From: Camelus ferus
Taxonomy: Eukaryota
Assembly (NCBI RefSeq): GCF_009834535.1
Contig: NC_045697.1
Coordinates: forward strand, 39,558,001-39,622,000
Length of the DNA stretch: 64,000 nucleotides
Direction: 5' to 3'
Below, one piece after another: positions 52,065 through 64,000 of this stretch. Below the pieces are notes generated by a model. That model searched no databases. It worked only from the letters and a program-made list of their open reading frames with translations, and was not told the DNA's origin. The translations under genes and the position numbers were made by a program. Numbering within the stretch: position 1 is the stretch's first letter; the number at the start of each line of letters is the position of its first letter.

Positions 52065-55029
52065 ATATATTTCAGATTTCTACTAAACAATTAAGAAAAT
52101 GGTAGAAATATTTTCCTGTCTTACTGGGGAGAAGGGTTCTACATTTTTGCAAGTCTTTTTGTTTTGTTTGTTTTGCTTCCAAAACAATACCTCTTCACGT
52201 TGGCTAAAATTTCTTGTCCTGCGAACATTGACAGCTTCAGCTCTTTGCATTTACCCATTGGTCAGGAAAATCTGTTTGCTCCTAAATGTCAGTAATTTGT
52301 TTTCATTTCTACTGGCTAGGTGTTGCATTCTTAGTTACAACATGCAAATAATAAGACTATAAACAAAGCTGCTTGGGTTAACAGTAAAGAATTATACATA
52401 CATCTACAAAAATATCCCCCCAAAATTACACTCCAAGCACTTAGCTATGAGCTGATCTGCACACGTTTACATTTGTTTTCCAAAAGGAAGAGGGTGATTG
52501 TTTTTTTGCAATATTCCTGAGTGGGGCCGAACCAAAAATCCAAGCTGCAGAACATCAGCTGCTACATCACACCTCAGATGGATGCACAGAAATGCTATAA
52601 ATGGAGGGTAGTATATGTCAATGCCTGAGACTGTGGATAAATCAAAAATGCTCAAGTGTGGTACCTTATGTTTTGCAGAGGAAGGAAGGAAAGAAAACAT
52701 GCTAATTTCACTCACCTAATCATTCTCTAAGAAAATTCTTCCACTTAGCACATTCTGTTGCAACATGAGGGGGAAACCTGAATTCCAGAGACAGTGTTTA
52801 CTTAATACTTACAATTTTGTCCTTTCACGTGTCCCTCACTTCCTCTCTCCCCTTTGCTCTTTGGTTTTTTTTTTTTTAAGCCCCAGTAGATGGTTCTTTA
52901 GTTTTATCTATAAATGAAACCTAATCCTTAGCATTTACCCATTTTTCTGTACTTTTCAGTGCTCAGGGAATACTTACCAACTGTTTCTTCTAGCTCAAAT
53001 CACTTGAAAATGTAGTTAAAGTGTGTAGCTAAATATGCAGATTATGTTAATTTTGAGGGTAGCCAGCCACATTAACCAATTAGAAAGTTGGACTAATTGG
53101 AACATTTATCAGGACAGTTCAAAAGGGCATTGAATGGAATGGTGGTTTGATCCAGTAATTGAGGGTCCATTCTGAATCCCTCACTCTGGGAATTTTCCCA
53201 GCCGTATTTGATTTTTCTTAGACAGAGAAGATGCCATGCTGTTCACAATTCCAGTTAGCTTGCTCTGTAATTAAATTTCTGTGGCCTCAGTTTAGGAATG
53301 AGTGCAGCTCATAAAGAGACTGTAAGCCTGGGGGGGTCATTCATTTCTGTGCATTTGCCAATGTTGAGCCACATAAAGAAATAAGTTAGATGGCACCTCT
53401 CCCCCCCCAAACCCTCATGTCTTTGTTATTGCCCTTCTCAGTTATAGCTCCTTAGATTTGGACTGTCACCTGAGTCTATTTGATAAATGTTCTTCCCACA
53501 GGCAGCTGTTTTGAGAGACTATAACATCATGTGTCTGAAGACCTTAAGCACCCGATGGCCTGACATACATGAAGTGATTGCCCAAATCACTCCATGTACT
53601 TGATTTTTTTTTGTGAAAAAAAAAAAAGCAGATTAATTGGCTGCTTAAGGTTGGCAATTATTCAGAGTCAGCAAACAGGAAATAATTAAAACATGGGTTT
53701 ATACTAGTAACCAAGGAGGAAATTGAACAAATTCCAAGTTGTTACAGTTTGTCATTGGCTTCGTTTCGTGACACACACTCCCCTTTTCATTCCCAGTACA
53801 TGTGCTTATTTTTAAAAATTGAAAGTGAATCTGAATTCTCTATTTCAAACTTTGGCAAAAAATTATGACTCATTTAATATCATTGGACATGCCTGAGGTT
53901 GACATAAAACTAGGAACAGGCATAAATAAGCTCTATAAATAAGTGGGGGCATGTGATAGTAATACAGTATTCATTTTGCACAGGTGTAGAAACGGTGATC
54001 TTTTCAAGTGTTTTGCATTCTGATGTGTACATTTTGTGGAAAAGTTTATTTTCACTGTCCTTGGCCATTTTTTCTGAAAATTCTGTTTAAAAATCAGTGC
54101 ATAAAATTGATTTTTAGAATTAATTGACTTAATTAATTTGAAGTCAGTTCTTTAGCTGTTGCAGGATTTATACCATTGTCAAGATTACGTTACTAAACCC
54201 TATGCAAGGGTACTTTTATGAAAGGGAAAAAAGAAATAAGGTAATTAACTATCAAAATTAATTATCTTCATTTTCTTTTCAAATTTTACTGTAGTTCTTG
54301 GGCACTGGACATGGATTGATGCCCTATTGACTGCTACTGACTAAGTAAATCTAATACTGGGTCTGTTTCATTTTGTTTAAACTGTAGTGCCTACATTTTC
54401 TTTCTTGGAACACTTAGAACTGCTCAAAATTCAGGGACACATCCAAATCAAGAATATCTGATTTTGTCTTTCATTGACAAGTTTACTTTGTGCAGATGCA
54501 GCCTGAAAAATATTTGCTCATGATTAAAACCTCATGTTGCTGTCCAGAGACATTCTTGACACGCTGCCAGTACATTTTAATAAATTAATCATCTTATACG
54601 TGCTATCAGGCATAATGCATTGAGTGGATTTTGACTAAGGTCGATGTAGAGTTGTTATATTCAGAAGAATGCCAGGGAGCTTATAAAGTCCACAAGAGCT
54701 TGTTAAGGGCTGCTGGAATGGGGGTTATTCATCCCATCAAATTTTGATAAGTTAAAATCGAAGGCAAGGCAGTAAGCAACAAAAGTGGACACAGAATACA
54801 GTCATTTGCACATCACTAGCTGTGTGACCTGGAGAAGTTATGTGCCTGCTCTGAGTGTGCTGTTCTCAAGTGAGGGGCAAGGACCAGGGAGGGTTTTGGT
54901 GAGGATTTACGTGAGATATGATGTCAAGCAGCTGATAGTACCTGGCTGATGAATAAATGTGTGAGGGAGAGAAAGTGTAAAGGAAAGAAAGCTTGATTTT
55001 GATTGCCTCTGTTGGCTACAAAGAAATTT

Positions 55030-55063
55030 TCTCTCCCTCTCTCCCTCTCTCCTCTCTCTCACA

Positions 55064-55115
<52 letters not shown>

Positions 55116-55134
55116 CACATAAACACACACACAC
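55030..55134. repeat. Compound (TC)n(CA)n microsatellite
   Basis: Read directly from the sequence. Confidence 0.95.
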
Positions 55135-56892
55135 AGTATTAGCTGAAGCACATGAACAGTTGTGTTCAGAACCCTGCACCATTTAAATCATCTTCCCAAA
55201 GCGCTTCTGAATTCTAAGAAAACCAACCATATTGCTAACTGAATGTTCACTAAAGTACCCTTGTTAATTTGCATTATAATTTGTTACATGTTAGAGTTTG
55301 GGGGAAAAAAAAAAAAGTAATGCAGTGCCCATTTTATAACACATGGAGGCAATTTCCCTGTAACAATAATCATTATGGTTTTTAGTTGCAGTCTTTTTGC
55401 ATAGTGTTGGTCAAAATTAATACTTTTTGACACGGAATCACTGATTAGGGTGCAAACCCAATTCTAACATTTTTATGATTGGTTTAGTGTTTTCAAGGGC
55501 TGTTTTGAAGTCAAATGTATCAGCTCCCTGTATCAGTTTGGCTTACAGTACTCACTCCCATAAGAGCGCTGCGTCCCAGGTGGTTTCTTCCCAAGACACC
55601 TGGACGTTTCCCAGGTGTCATCGCCTCTAACTCTCCAAGCTTTGTCCTCAGCCCGTCAACATTAGAGTCAGTAATAAAGTTGATCTATCACTTACCCTTC
55701 ACTTGGGAAGAATGGCACAGTCACTTACAAACTTTAAAATCTTTGGCAACATAAACATGAGAGTAGCTAAGTGATATTGAAATTGGTAACCAAAATCATG
55801 AGAGAATGAAAGTGTCATATTTCATCTTCCTCCTTCCAACTAAATTGTTAAGACCTTTCCTACTTCCAGGACAGATGTATGTGTGTGTGACACTATCACT
55901 TGTAATAAGATTTTTGGTGATTGCCAGGGTAATATTACCAACTAAAGCAAACTTTCCTCTTTTCATCAGTGATGCTTGTGGTGTACCCCACCCGCACAAG
56001 AGGAAATTACTAGAGCTTCTTCTTAATTTTATCTAATAATTTACATTTCTACTTTTGTCTGTTTAATAATGCACATAATAAAACATAGACGGATACTTAG
56101 TCATATATTGACTAAGTGGCTGCTTAAAAGCAAATTTTATGTGAGTAAATAGTCAAAAACGTTCAAAGTCCACTCCAGTAGACACTAAAAGGGAGAGACT
56201 GTTTGAGGTCCTTTATCAGAAGGAAAAAACATGTTAAAGAAAGGAAAAATGTTTTATTGTAGTACATGTTTTACATTTCTTAGTTAAATACTTTTATGTG
56301 AAGCTTCCTATTGCTTCTGTGTTGTTTGAGGAACTTAAACTATGTTTATAATTTCATTTATGTCCTTTCATGTTATCTACCCTCATTAATACTTCCCGTA
56401 ACTACAAAGAACACGAGTGTTTACTGCTGTGCTTTTCGCTGCTAGGGCATCATTCCTAAGTGGCTCACACTTAACAGTGTGTTGTTAACACTTGTTGAAA
56501 CAGTTGGCTGTCTCTTACTTTCATCATCATGTTAATGAGCTGTGATTAGCTTTACTGAGATAATTATGTGATCGTTTTAAAGGTTTATGTGTAATGTATG
56601 AATACTTGGATGGGGCTTGTAGAATAAAATAGTAAAAAGCTTCCCCTTGCAAGTGTGATATGAATTACTTTGGCCTCAGGCTAATCTTCAAAGAAACTTC
56701 TCTTGATGGTCTCCCTTGAAGGAGTAATTGACCTTCCAAGGTAGAGTGTGCTTTACTAACCCCACTCCATTGTAAGATTAGCTCTGATGCATGGAAACAA
56801 AATTTGTGACAGGTAGAACAGAGTTGTGGTAAAATTGACATGCTATGGTATTAACAGAAATTCTATTAATTCAAATTTTATTTTCCTTTTAG

Positions 56893-56934
56893 TTCCCAGG
56901 AAGATGAAAGACCCATGTCACCTTTCTACTTGAG
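56893..56934 (+). CDS. FAM13A: FAM13A 42-nt shared coding microexon (phase 2-2)
   Basis: Acceptor ttttattttccttttag|T and donor GAG|GTATTT. Encodes (S)SQEDERPMSPFYL, matching recalled FAM13A SSQEDERPLSPFYL. Confidence 0.95.
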
Positions 56935-59900
56935 GTATTTATTTGATTTTTATTGATCTATTATGGGGAACGGAGGAGGGTTAAGGCTTCTTTGGGTTCA
57001 TTTTCCCATGTTAATTCTTTTCAGTAGAATATTCTATCCTGTGGCCAGACCACGCTTATTAGAACCCCTCATCGTAATGTTCATGCTATATTTTTCTTCT
57101 CTTTTGTTTAAAAAAATCTTGAAAACGAATTTTAATATAGTTGAAAAGACTAAAATAGGATACTTGGGTTTAAATTCAGAAATGTCAAGGTAGTCATTTT
57201 AATTTCCAAAACGGCCTGATGATGAGGCTGTAACCTAAATTTTAAAATCTGTATACAGATAGAGAAGGGCTTTGAGCACAAGGCTCACTTGCTGAAGAAG
57301 TTGTGGGTTATCTTAGATCATCTTCTATATAGCAGTGGTGTGAGAAACTAACATTTAGCAAGTTCGTGGATTGTTGTCTAAAGTTTATAAAGCCAGAATG
57401 ACAACTCTTAAAACAGGGAAGTTTACAGAATTCAAAGTAGATGTTAGATGAGATCACTTCTCTCCAGACTAAAAAGTTGTTGTATTGATGTGATTTTCTG
57501 TGAACCGTCCCCCTTAGGTCACAACCTTGAGCCAGGTTTTTCTTACTTACTGCATTTCTTTCCTTACTATCTACCCACTTTAAAGGCTTAGAAAATATAT
57601 TTGAAAAGAATATGATCACATAAATTACAGTTAAAATTGCTGAAGTTTTTTTTTTAACCTACCTCAACTTTGAAATCCACTTTTTAAAAAGCAGTGTCAA
57701 GATAAGAGGTACATATTTTGTTTGTTGCTTGTCTGTTTTTGAGTCTGGTTTGTTGCAATAGTCTCAGAGTTAGATTTAGATTTTAATTCAGCCACCATAG
57801 TTCAGAAGTGTGTCATAGGACTTCAGACTTGGCCAAGGAACCGCTTTGCAGTAGTGTTCTGCCCTTTAGCAACTTGAAGCATGTTGCATAATCACTTTGT
57901 GGCAAGAGAGGGAACATTTGAGGTTTCAGTTTGAGACAACACGGTGGTCCATTTGATTCATCCTGGTGTCCTGCCAACCACATCAGCATCTTCTGGTTCA
58001 TAGGCTCTTATCAACGGTGCAGCCACTGTCAACACATGAGGGGCTGTTGCTGGGTGCACGGTGACTCCAGTGTTCGTTATGTGGATGCACACAGTAATAG
58101 CAAACAAATGATTATCATATATTAATGGAAATTAAGTTTTACATAGTATGGAAGACTATAGCACCAGATCATGACAACTAGTGAGAACTATTCTCTGAGT
58201 ATCTTATTTTTACTACTCTGGATAACATCAGTCTATGTCTTATCTAGTATTGAATTTTTTTTTTACCACTGTTTTAAAAAATGGATAGGGTTTTAAATGG
58301 GCTTATAAGTCGTTGAGTCCTCAAAAACACATAATTGTGTTTTAGAATATGATACATTTTGTAATTATCTAGACTAAGAATGTACTCTGGAAAAAGAAAT
58401 TCTGTACTTCCAAAATGAACGTAAAAGAGTGTAAAGAAAATCACTACTGAACTCTCGATGGAAGCTATTTGACCTTTTAGTGTTCAGAGTCATTAAAACT
58501 AAAATGTGATCAAAGTAGGGGGAAAAATAAATGTGCATACTAGTTTGCGTTTGCAGTAGAAGTAAAGTTGCAGAAAGAGGAAAAGTTACTGGGAAGCATT
58601 CTTTTCATATAAGGGAAATTTAAACTAAGTGGACGTATTTTGTAAATGCAAAACTAGTAATTCTTTGGCCTGAAATTTAAAATTTCAAATGTAGTTTCTT
58701 TTTCTGAATAACATAGTTGATAATCATAGAAATTATGTAAGAATTAGGTTCGTATGAATTACTTTAGCTTTCTTTTTTTACCCACTTGACATGAAGCAGG
58801 GAGAATCTATTGATAAAACATGAAACTTTTTTTCCAAATCATTTGCATGGCTGGCTTGAGATTAACTTTTACTAGCCTGTTCTATACAGAATTTAAGTAG
58901 AAGAAAGAAAACATGATTGTTAATTATGATTCAGTTCTATATTTTTTGGATTAGGAACATTAATATGTCCATGGAAAATTTAATTTATGTATCAGTACAC
59001 TGTTTTTTGCACTACCTCTAATAGCAAATGAATGCTTAAATGTTTTAAAATATTTAACTACATTTCTGTAAAGTCCTTGCCTTCCATCCCTTTCCATCCC
59101 ATTTGATTACAATTCCTTTGCTGCACTGTTAGTAAGGGGAGTTACTGCAAGACTAATAAATTTCATAATGATTTGTTAACATGATGAAAAAACTAAATTG
59201 GCTCTTTTAAATCCAAAATAATTTTTACTGTGCCTTGGAAAAGTAAAAAATGATTGGTTGTTGCAAAATGGTATCTTCCCTGGCTTAGGAATATTGAATG
59301 CTAAATATTATACATTGGCAGTGCTGATTGGTCAGATTTTTTCGGAAGAGGAAAGGCCCAATCAGGAGATAAGACCTGTCAGCTGAGATGGATACTCGCC
59401 AGAGTAGATTCAGCCACAAGAAGCCAGGCAGAGGGGATGGGGTATTCAGTGGTGGGGTATTCAGTTTGGCGGTTTATCCTGAGGGGTCCAACATAAGGTA
59501 GAATGGCATAGCTCAGTGTCTGCAAGTTTGGGAGTGAGCAATCTTCAGGTAGACCAGATCAAAACAGAGATAAGATGAGGGCAAAGCAGGCCTCCAGGTT
59601 CAGAGGAAGGAGAATAGAGGGTCCATAAAGGAACTCAGAAACAGAAGCTCAGACAGGCATCTAGCCATCAGAAGGGAGATAAGGTGCATTGTTTATAACG
59701 ACATGGAGGGGTCTGTGTCTGGGTTAGAGATGGAGAACATAAAGAGGCTGCAGTGCACTGGTGGAGGTTCCAGGACTTCCTGAGGCCAGGGGAAGGAGCC
59801 TGAGATGCAGGAACAGAGAACACAGGGGGCTGTTTCAGTCATTCCCTTGCTTCACCTCTCACCTTGTAGAATTTCATTTTTTGTGATTGCTGTTCCCTTT

Positions 59901-62084
59901 TAACAGTCATGGCTGAACCACATGGTAGTCTCCTGTACACTCCAACTGCCTTCCATCCTTTCTGTAATAAGGTAGGGCTCTTATAAATAAACCTGCACTC
60001 AGATATTCTCATTCTAGATAAGTGATCTTCTGTGATAAGAACTCTGGCTTCCCTAATTTCAGTCGTCATCCAACCTAACCTAACTCACCACCGAGGCAGT
60101 TGTCCTTTTTCGCAAAGGAAAGAAATCGTAGCCACAAATCTATACCTGCCGCCATCCCATGTGGCAAGTTTATTGCAGCTACAGTAGCTCAAACAGTAGG
60201 TGTCATTGTTCCCTAGGTGCTCATTAGTGATGACCCGCCCTGTTGAAGTGATTAAGGTAATGAACGGGAAGGACAGGTTATGCCAAACCCTCCGTGAGAT
60301 TGCCACTATATAAGCATGAACCTGCATACCTAAGGTGAAGAACATGCTTGGCAAAGTTGCCTGTACCCTGGCCTCTTTGATAGTCTAGGCTGAAATCCCA
60401 GAAAAGGTGCCCCACCTCAGTTGCTCAGATTAGCGTGACAGCAACTTGCCATAGGTGTTCTTCTGCCTGGCACCCAGTCAGATCTGATTGGGATCCATTG
60501 CTAGTTCTCCTTCTGTTTGTCTGAGTCTTCAGTGTCTGCAAGCCCAGGTCGTGATTTCTGTTGTTATTTCCACTGGAACTAGGGTTCTTGATCTCCACTT
60601 TCTGTTCCTCCTCATCTCTACCTGCTTCCCTTCACCCCTGCAATACCTTAACGTTCCTTATGGCCAGGATCAGGTCCTGTCCTCATCCCATCACATCTGA
60701 TTTCGACCCTTGAATTCCTTCTTTATAAATTCCTGGACTATACATGTAGGCTGGATACCTAGAACCCGTCCTTGCCTATGCTTTATCAGAATCCTGAATG
60801 TGTGCTTCAGGGGTTGCATACCTGTAACCAGTCTTACTCACTGGGCTCTAAACAGCTCACCTGGCCTCTGAATGGTGACTCCTTGCTTACCTAACACTTG
60901 TCTTCTAGCTTCTGCACTGAGTCTCCTCCTCTTTTTCCCTTTCTTATTGAATGCCTCATTGAAACCCTGAAATCAATAGTGTTTATCAATTTCAGCCCAA
61001 ATTTTTAAATTCATGATGCTGATTGAAGCTGTTACTATTTTAGCAGATTTCAATTTCAGTATTTCATATGTTTTCTAATTTTCTTGAATTAGGAACATCA
61101 ATTAGATTTATTTCTAAGTTAGCTGTTTGGCACACAAATTCATTCTTTAGGATTTTGTTAATTTTTCTTCTAGAATCTAGGAAGCATCAATTTAATGAAA
61201 GTCTTCTAACTGAAGAATGTATGTTGAAGGAAAAATTAAGCTTTGGATAAATTCAGATTAAAATAGACATTTGATGGGATTTGGAAATTATACTACTTCT
61301 ATCTTGATATGTAGAAAAATTCTTTCTAACTCATCTTTGGATGGCTTTTTGAGGACTACCTTTCCTGGATGAATTTGTGCTAGAATTTGTATGTTTGTGA
61401 TTTTTTTTTGGTAATATTTATTAAGTTTTTAATAGTTTATTTTTCTCCTTAAGCATAATGTATGCTTAATTATCTAAATTATCATTTTGAGGTTAAAAGC
61501 TCTTAGTATCAGTTGGGATAGTTACCAGACATTATATTTGTTTATAAGCCCGTTTCGGGCTACTGACTAAAATGTAGAATAAACAAGCAGGCTGTTTATT
61601 TAATTATCTACTTGATTTTTTTCCCAAGATGATAAAGTCAGCTAGATGTTTCAAGTGTTTTTAGACACAGATAAATATATATTTAAAATTGTTTTTTCCT
61701 TATCTCTTTTGACTAGAATAGCATTTCTAAACAGAGGAAGTACATGATTTCTGTTTATGGAGCTCTTTTGGGTTTTTTTAGGTGGTGGTTAAATATAAAT
61801 AAAATAAAATTTGCTGTTTTAACCATTTTAAATTATTTTTAATTGTTATAAAATACACATATATAAAACTTACCATCTTAACCATTTTAAGTACATTTCC
61901 ACTAATAATGCGTAAGTGTCCGGTTTCTCTACATTCTTGTCAACATGTGTCATTTTCTGGTTATTTATAATACTGTCTTTATGATGTAAAATATGTGGCA
62001 CTCATTAAAGATACCTGGGTCTCACTAGCCAAGATTCTGAGTCTCAAGAGGGCTGGCTGTCCATATTTCCAAAAAGTGTCATAG

Positions 62085-63406
62085 AACAAACTTTTCAACA
62101 AACAGTGCAGGGAAAATTGGATATCCACATGCAAAAGCATATAGTGGAACACTTACCTAACACCATATACAAAAAATTAACTCAAAATGGTTCAAAGATC
62201 TACATATAAGAGCTAAAACCATAAAACTCCCAGAGAAAACACTGGGCAAAAGTTACATGACATTGGATTTGGCAGTGATTTCTTAGGTATGACACCAAGG
62301 GCACAGAAAACTAAAGGAAAAAATAGACAAATTGGACTGGTTGAATTTTTTTAATTCTGTGCATCAAAAAAAAAAAAAAACTATCAACAGAGTGAAAAGG
62401 CAACTCACAAAATGGTTGGGAAATATTTGCAAACCATGTATCTGATAATAGATTCATATCTAGAAGAGATAGAGAACTCCTAAAACTCTACAATGCAAAA
62501 CAAACATCACAATTCAAAAATGGACAAAGGACTTGAGTAGGCATTTCTCCAAAGAACAATATACAGATGGCCAGTAAGCACATGAAAAGATGCTCAACAT
62601 CTCTTGTCATCAGGGAAATGCAAATCAAAACTACAATGAGATACTTCCTCATACCGATTAGGATGGCTGATATTTAAAAAACACACACACACACACACAC
62701 ACAGCAAATAACAAGTACTGGCAAAGATGACAAGAAATTGGAACACTTGTGCATTCCTGGTTGAAATGTAAAATGGTGCAGCCACTAGAGAAAATAGTAA
62801 CGGCAGTTCCTCAAAAAATTAAACTTAGAATTACCACACGATCCAGGAATTCTACTTTTGTGTATATACTCAAAAGAATTGAAAATAGGGTCTGAAAGAG
62901 ATGTTTTTACACCCATTTCATAGTAGCATTATTCCCAATAGCCAAAAGGTGGAAGCAACCCAGATGTCCATCACTGGATGCACTGATAAAATGCAGTTTA
63001 TACATTTATTATTCAGCCTTTAAAAAGGAAGGAACTTTTGACAAGTACACAACATAGATGAACCTTGAGGACATTTATACTGAGTGAAATAAGCCAATAA
63101 CAAAAAGACAAATACTACATGATTCCACTTATATGAGGTACCTAATGTAGTCAAATTTATAGATCCATAAAATAGAAGAGTGGTTGCCAGGGGCTGAGAG
63201 GAAGGAGAGAATCAGGAGTTACTGTTTAATGAATACAGAATTTCAGCTTTACAGGATGAGAAGAGTTCTGGAGATGTATGATAGTGATGGTTGCATAGTA
63301 ATGTGAATGTACTTGATGCCCCAGGATGTACACTTAAAAATGGTTAAGATTAAGATGGTAAATTTTATATTATGTGTATTTTACCACAGCAAAAATAATT
63401 TGAAGG
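62085..63406 (+). mobile_element. 5'-truncated LINE-1 (L1MB-like) inserted into a MER5-like element, 14-bp TSD
   Basis: L1 ORF2 end and 3'UTR (tacacttaaaaatggttaagat...tgtgtattttaccaca). TSD aaaaagtgtcatag 62071-62084 and aaaaagcgtcatag 63407-63420. (CA)n at ~62681-62703. Confidence 0.9.
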
Positions 63407-64000
63407 AAAAAGCGTCATAGGAGATTTTGATGTATATCCCTAGCTAAAAACCACTGAACCAGGCCAACCATGTAATTATTTTATACTGAAGAATGGTTAT
63501 AAACTTTACTACTGTTTATGGTACCATTGTTCAGGGATTCATTATTGAGTTCTTGACATCTGAGGATCATTAGTCATATTTCTTGCATAGTAACCAATAA
63601 GTAGAAATTCTTGATTTAATTCTATCAATGTTAATTAAGATATTAAACATATATTTAGGCTATACTAAGAAACAAAGATAACTTATATAAATGTTTATAT
63701 TTTTATGCTTCTCTTCATATCTCCTCTCAGCTTGAAAAAGCAAAGGAAATATTTAACTTGTAGAAAATGATACCTTTGTAGCCATTCTGTCTAGATTTCT
63801 TGCTGCTTCATTTTTCAGTCTCCTGCCTCGCTATAGACTTCTGTTTATAAGAACTTAAGATTTTAATGAAATGTAAACCTCTGGGTAGCAGAGTAGCTTT
63901 GCCTGATGTAAATACTTCCAGCTTCCCATTTAAATTCTAATTATGATACGAAAGATGAAAACTAGAGACAGTTTTATAGCAATGATAAAGAAGAAAACCA

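Noticed and set aside
59438..59465. Short direct repeat tggggtattcagt x2
   Set aside because: Simple slippage duplication of two copies; not an array.
1..64000. CRISPR array, operon or novel multi-gene system
   Set aside because: Mammalian intronic DNA with no regularly spaced repeats and no long intact ORFs; nothing in the sequence supports such a system.

Overview
Mammalian genomic DNA: AT-rich, CpG-poor and dense in interspersed repeats. Three short tRNA-derived SINEs of the camelid Vic-1 type, and no Alu, Bov-tA or PRE1-like SINEs, point to a camelid (alpaca, llama or camel). The window is an internal part of the FAM13A gene on the + strand, with three coding exons. (i) A 164-nt exon of the long (RhoGAP-containing) isoform at 17599-17762, IPKSRSEGSIQ...KLLS. 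(ii) The alternative first exon of the short isoform, with a CpG/GGC-rich internal promoter near 42.7-43.2 kb; its coding part is 43177-43205, MACEIMPLQ. (iii) A shared 42-nt microexon at 56893-56934, SSQEDERPMSPFYL. The rest is intron filled with L1, L2, MIR, LTR and DNA-transposon fossils, and the long entries in the ORF track are spurious or L1-derived. I found no evidence for a new multi-gene system. The most unusual structure is a composite L1 5' junction at ~10.3-10.6 kb: a fold-back hairpin of L1 5'UTR pieces plus a 128-bp templated copy of nearby intronic DNA. Candidate HRE, FOXO and DR1 motifs sit at the internal promoter. Repeat family names come from recalled consensus resemblance, and their boundaries are approximate.
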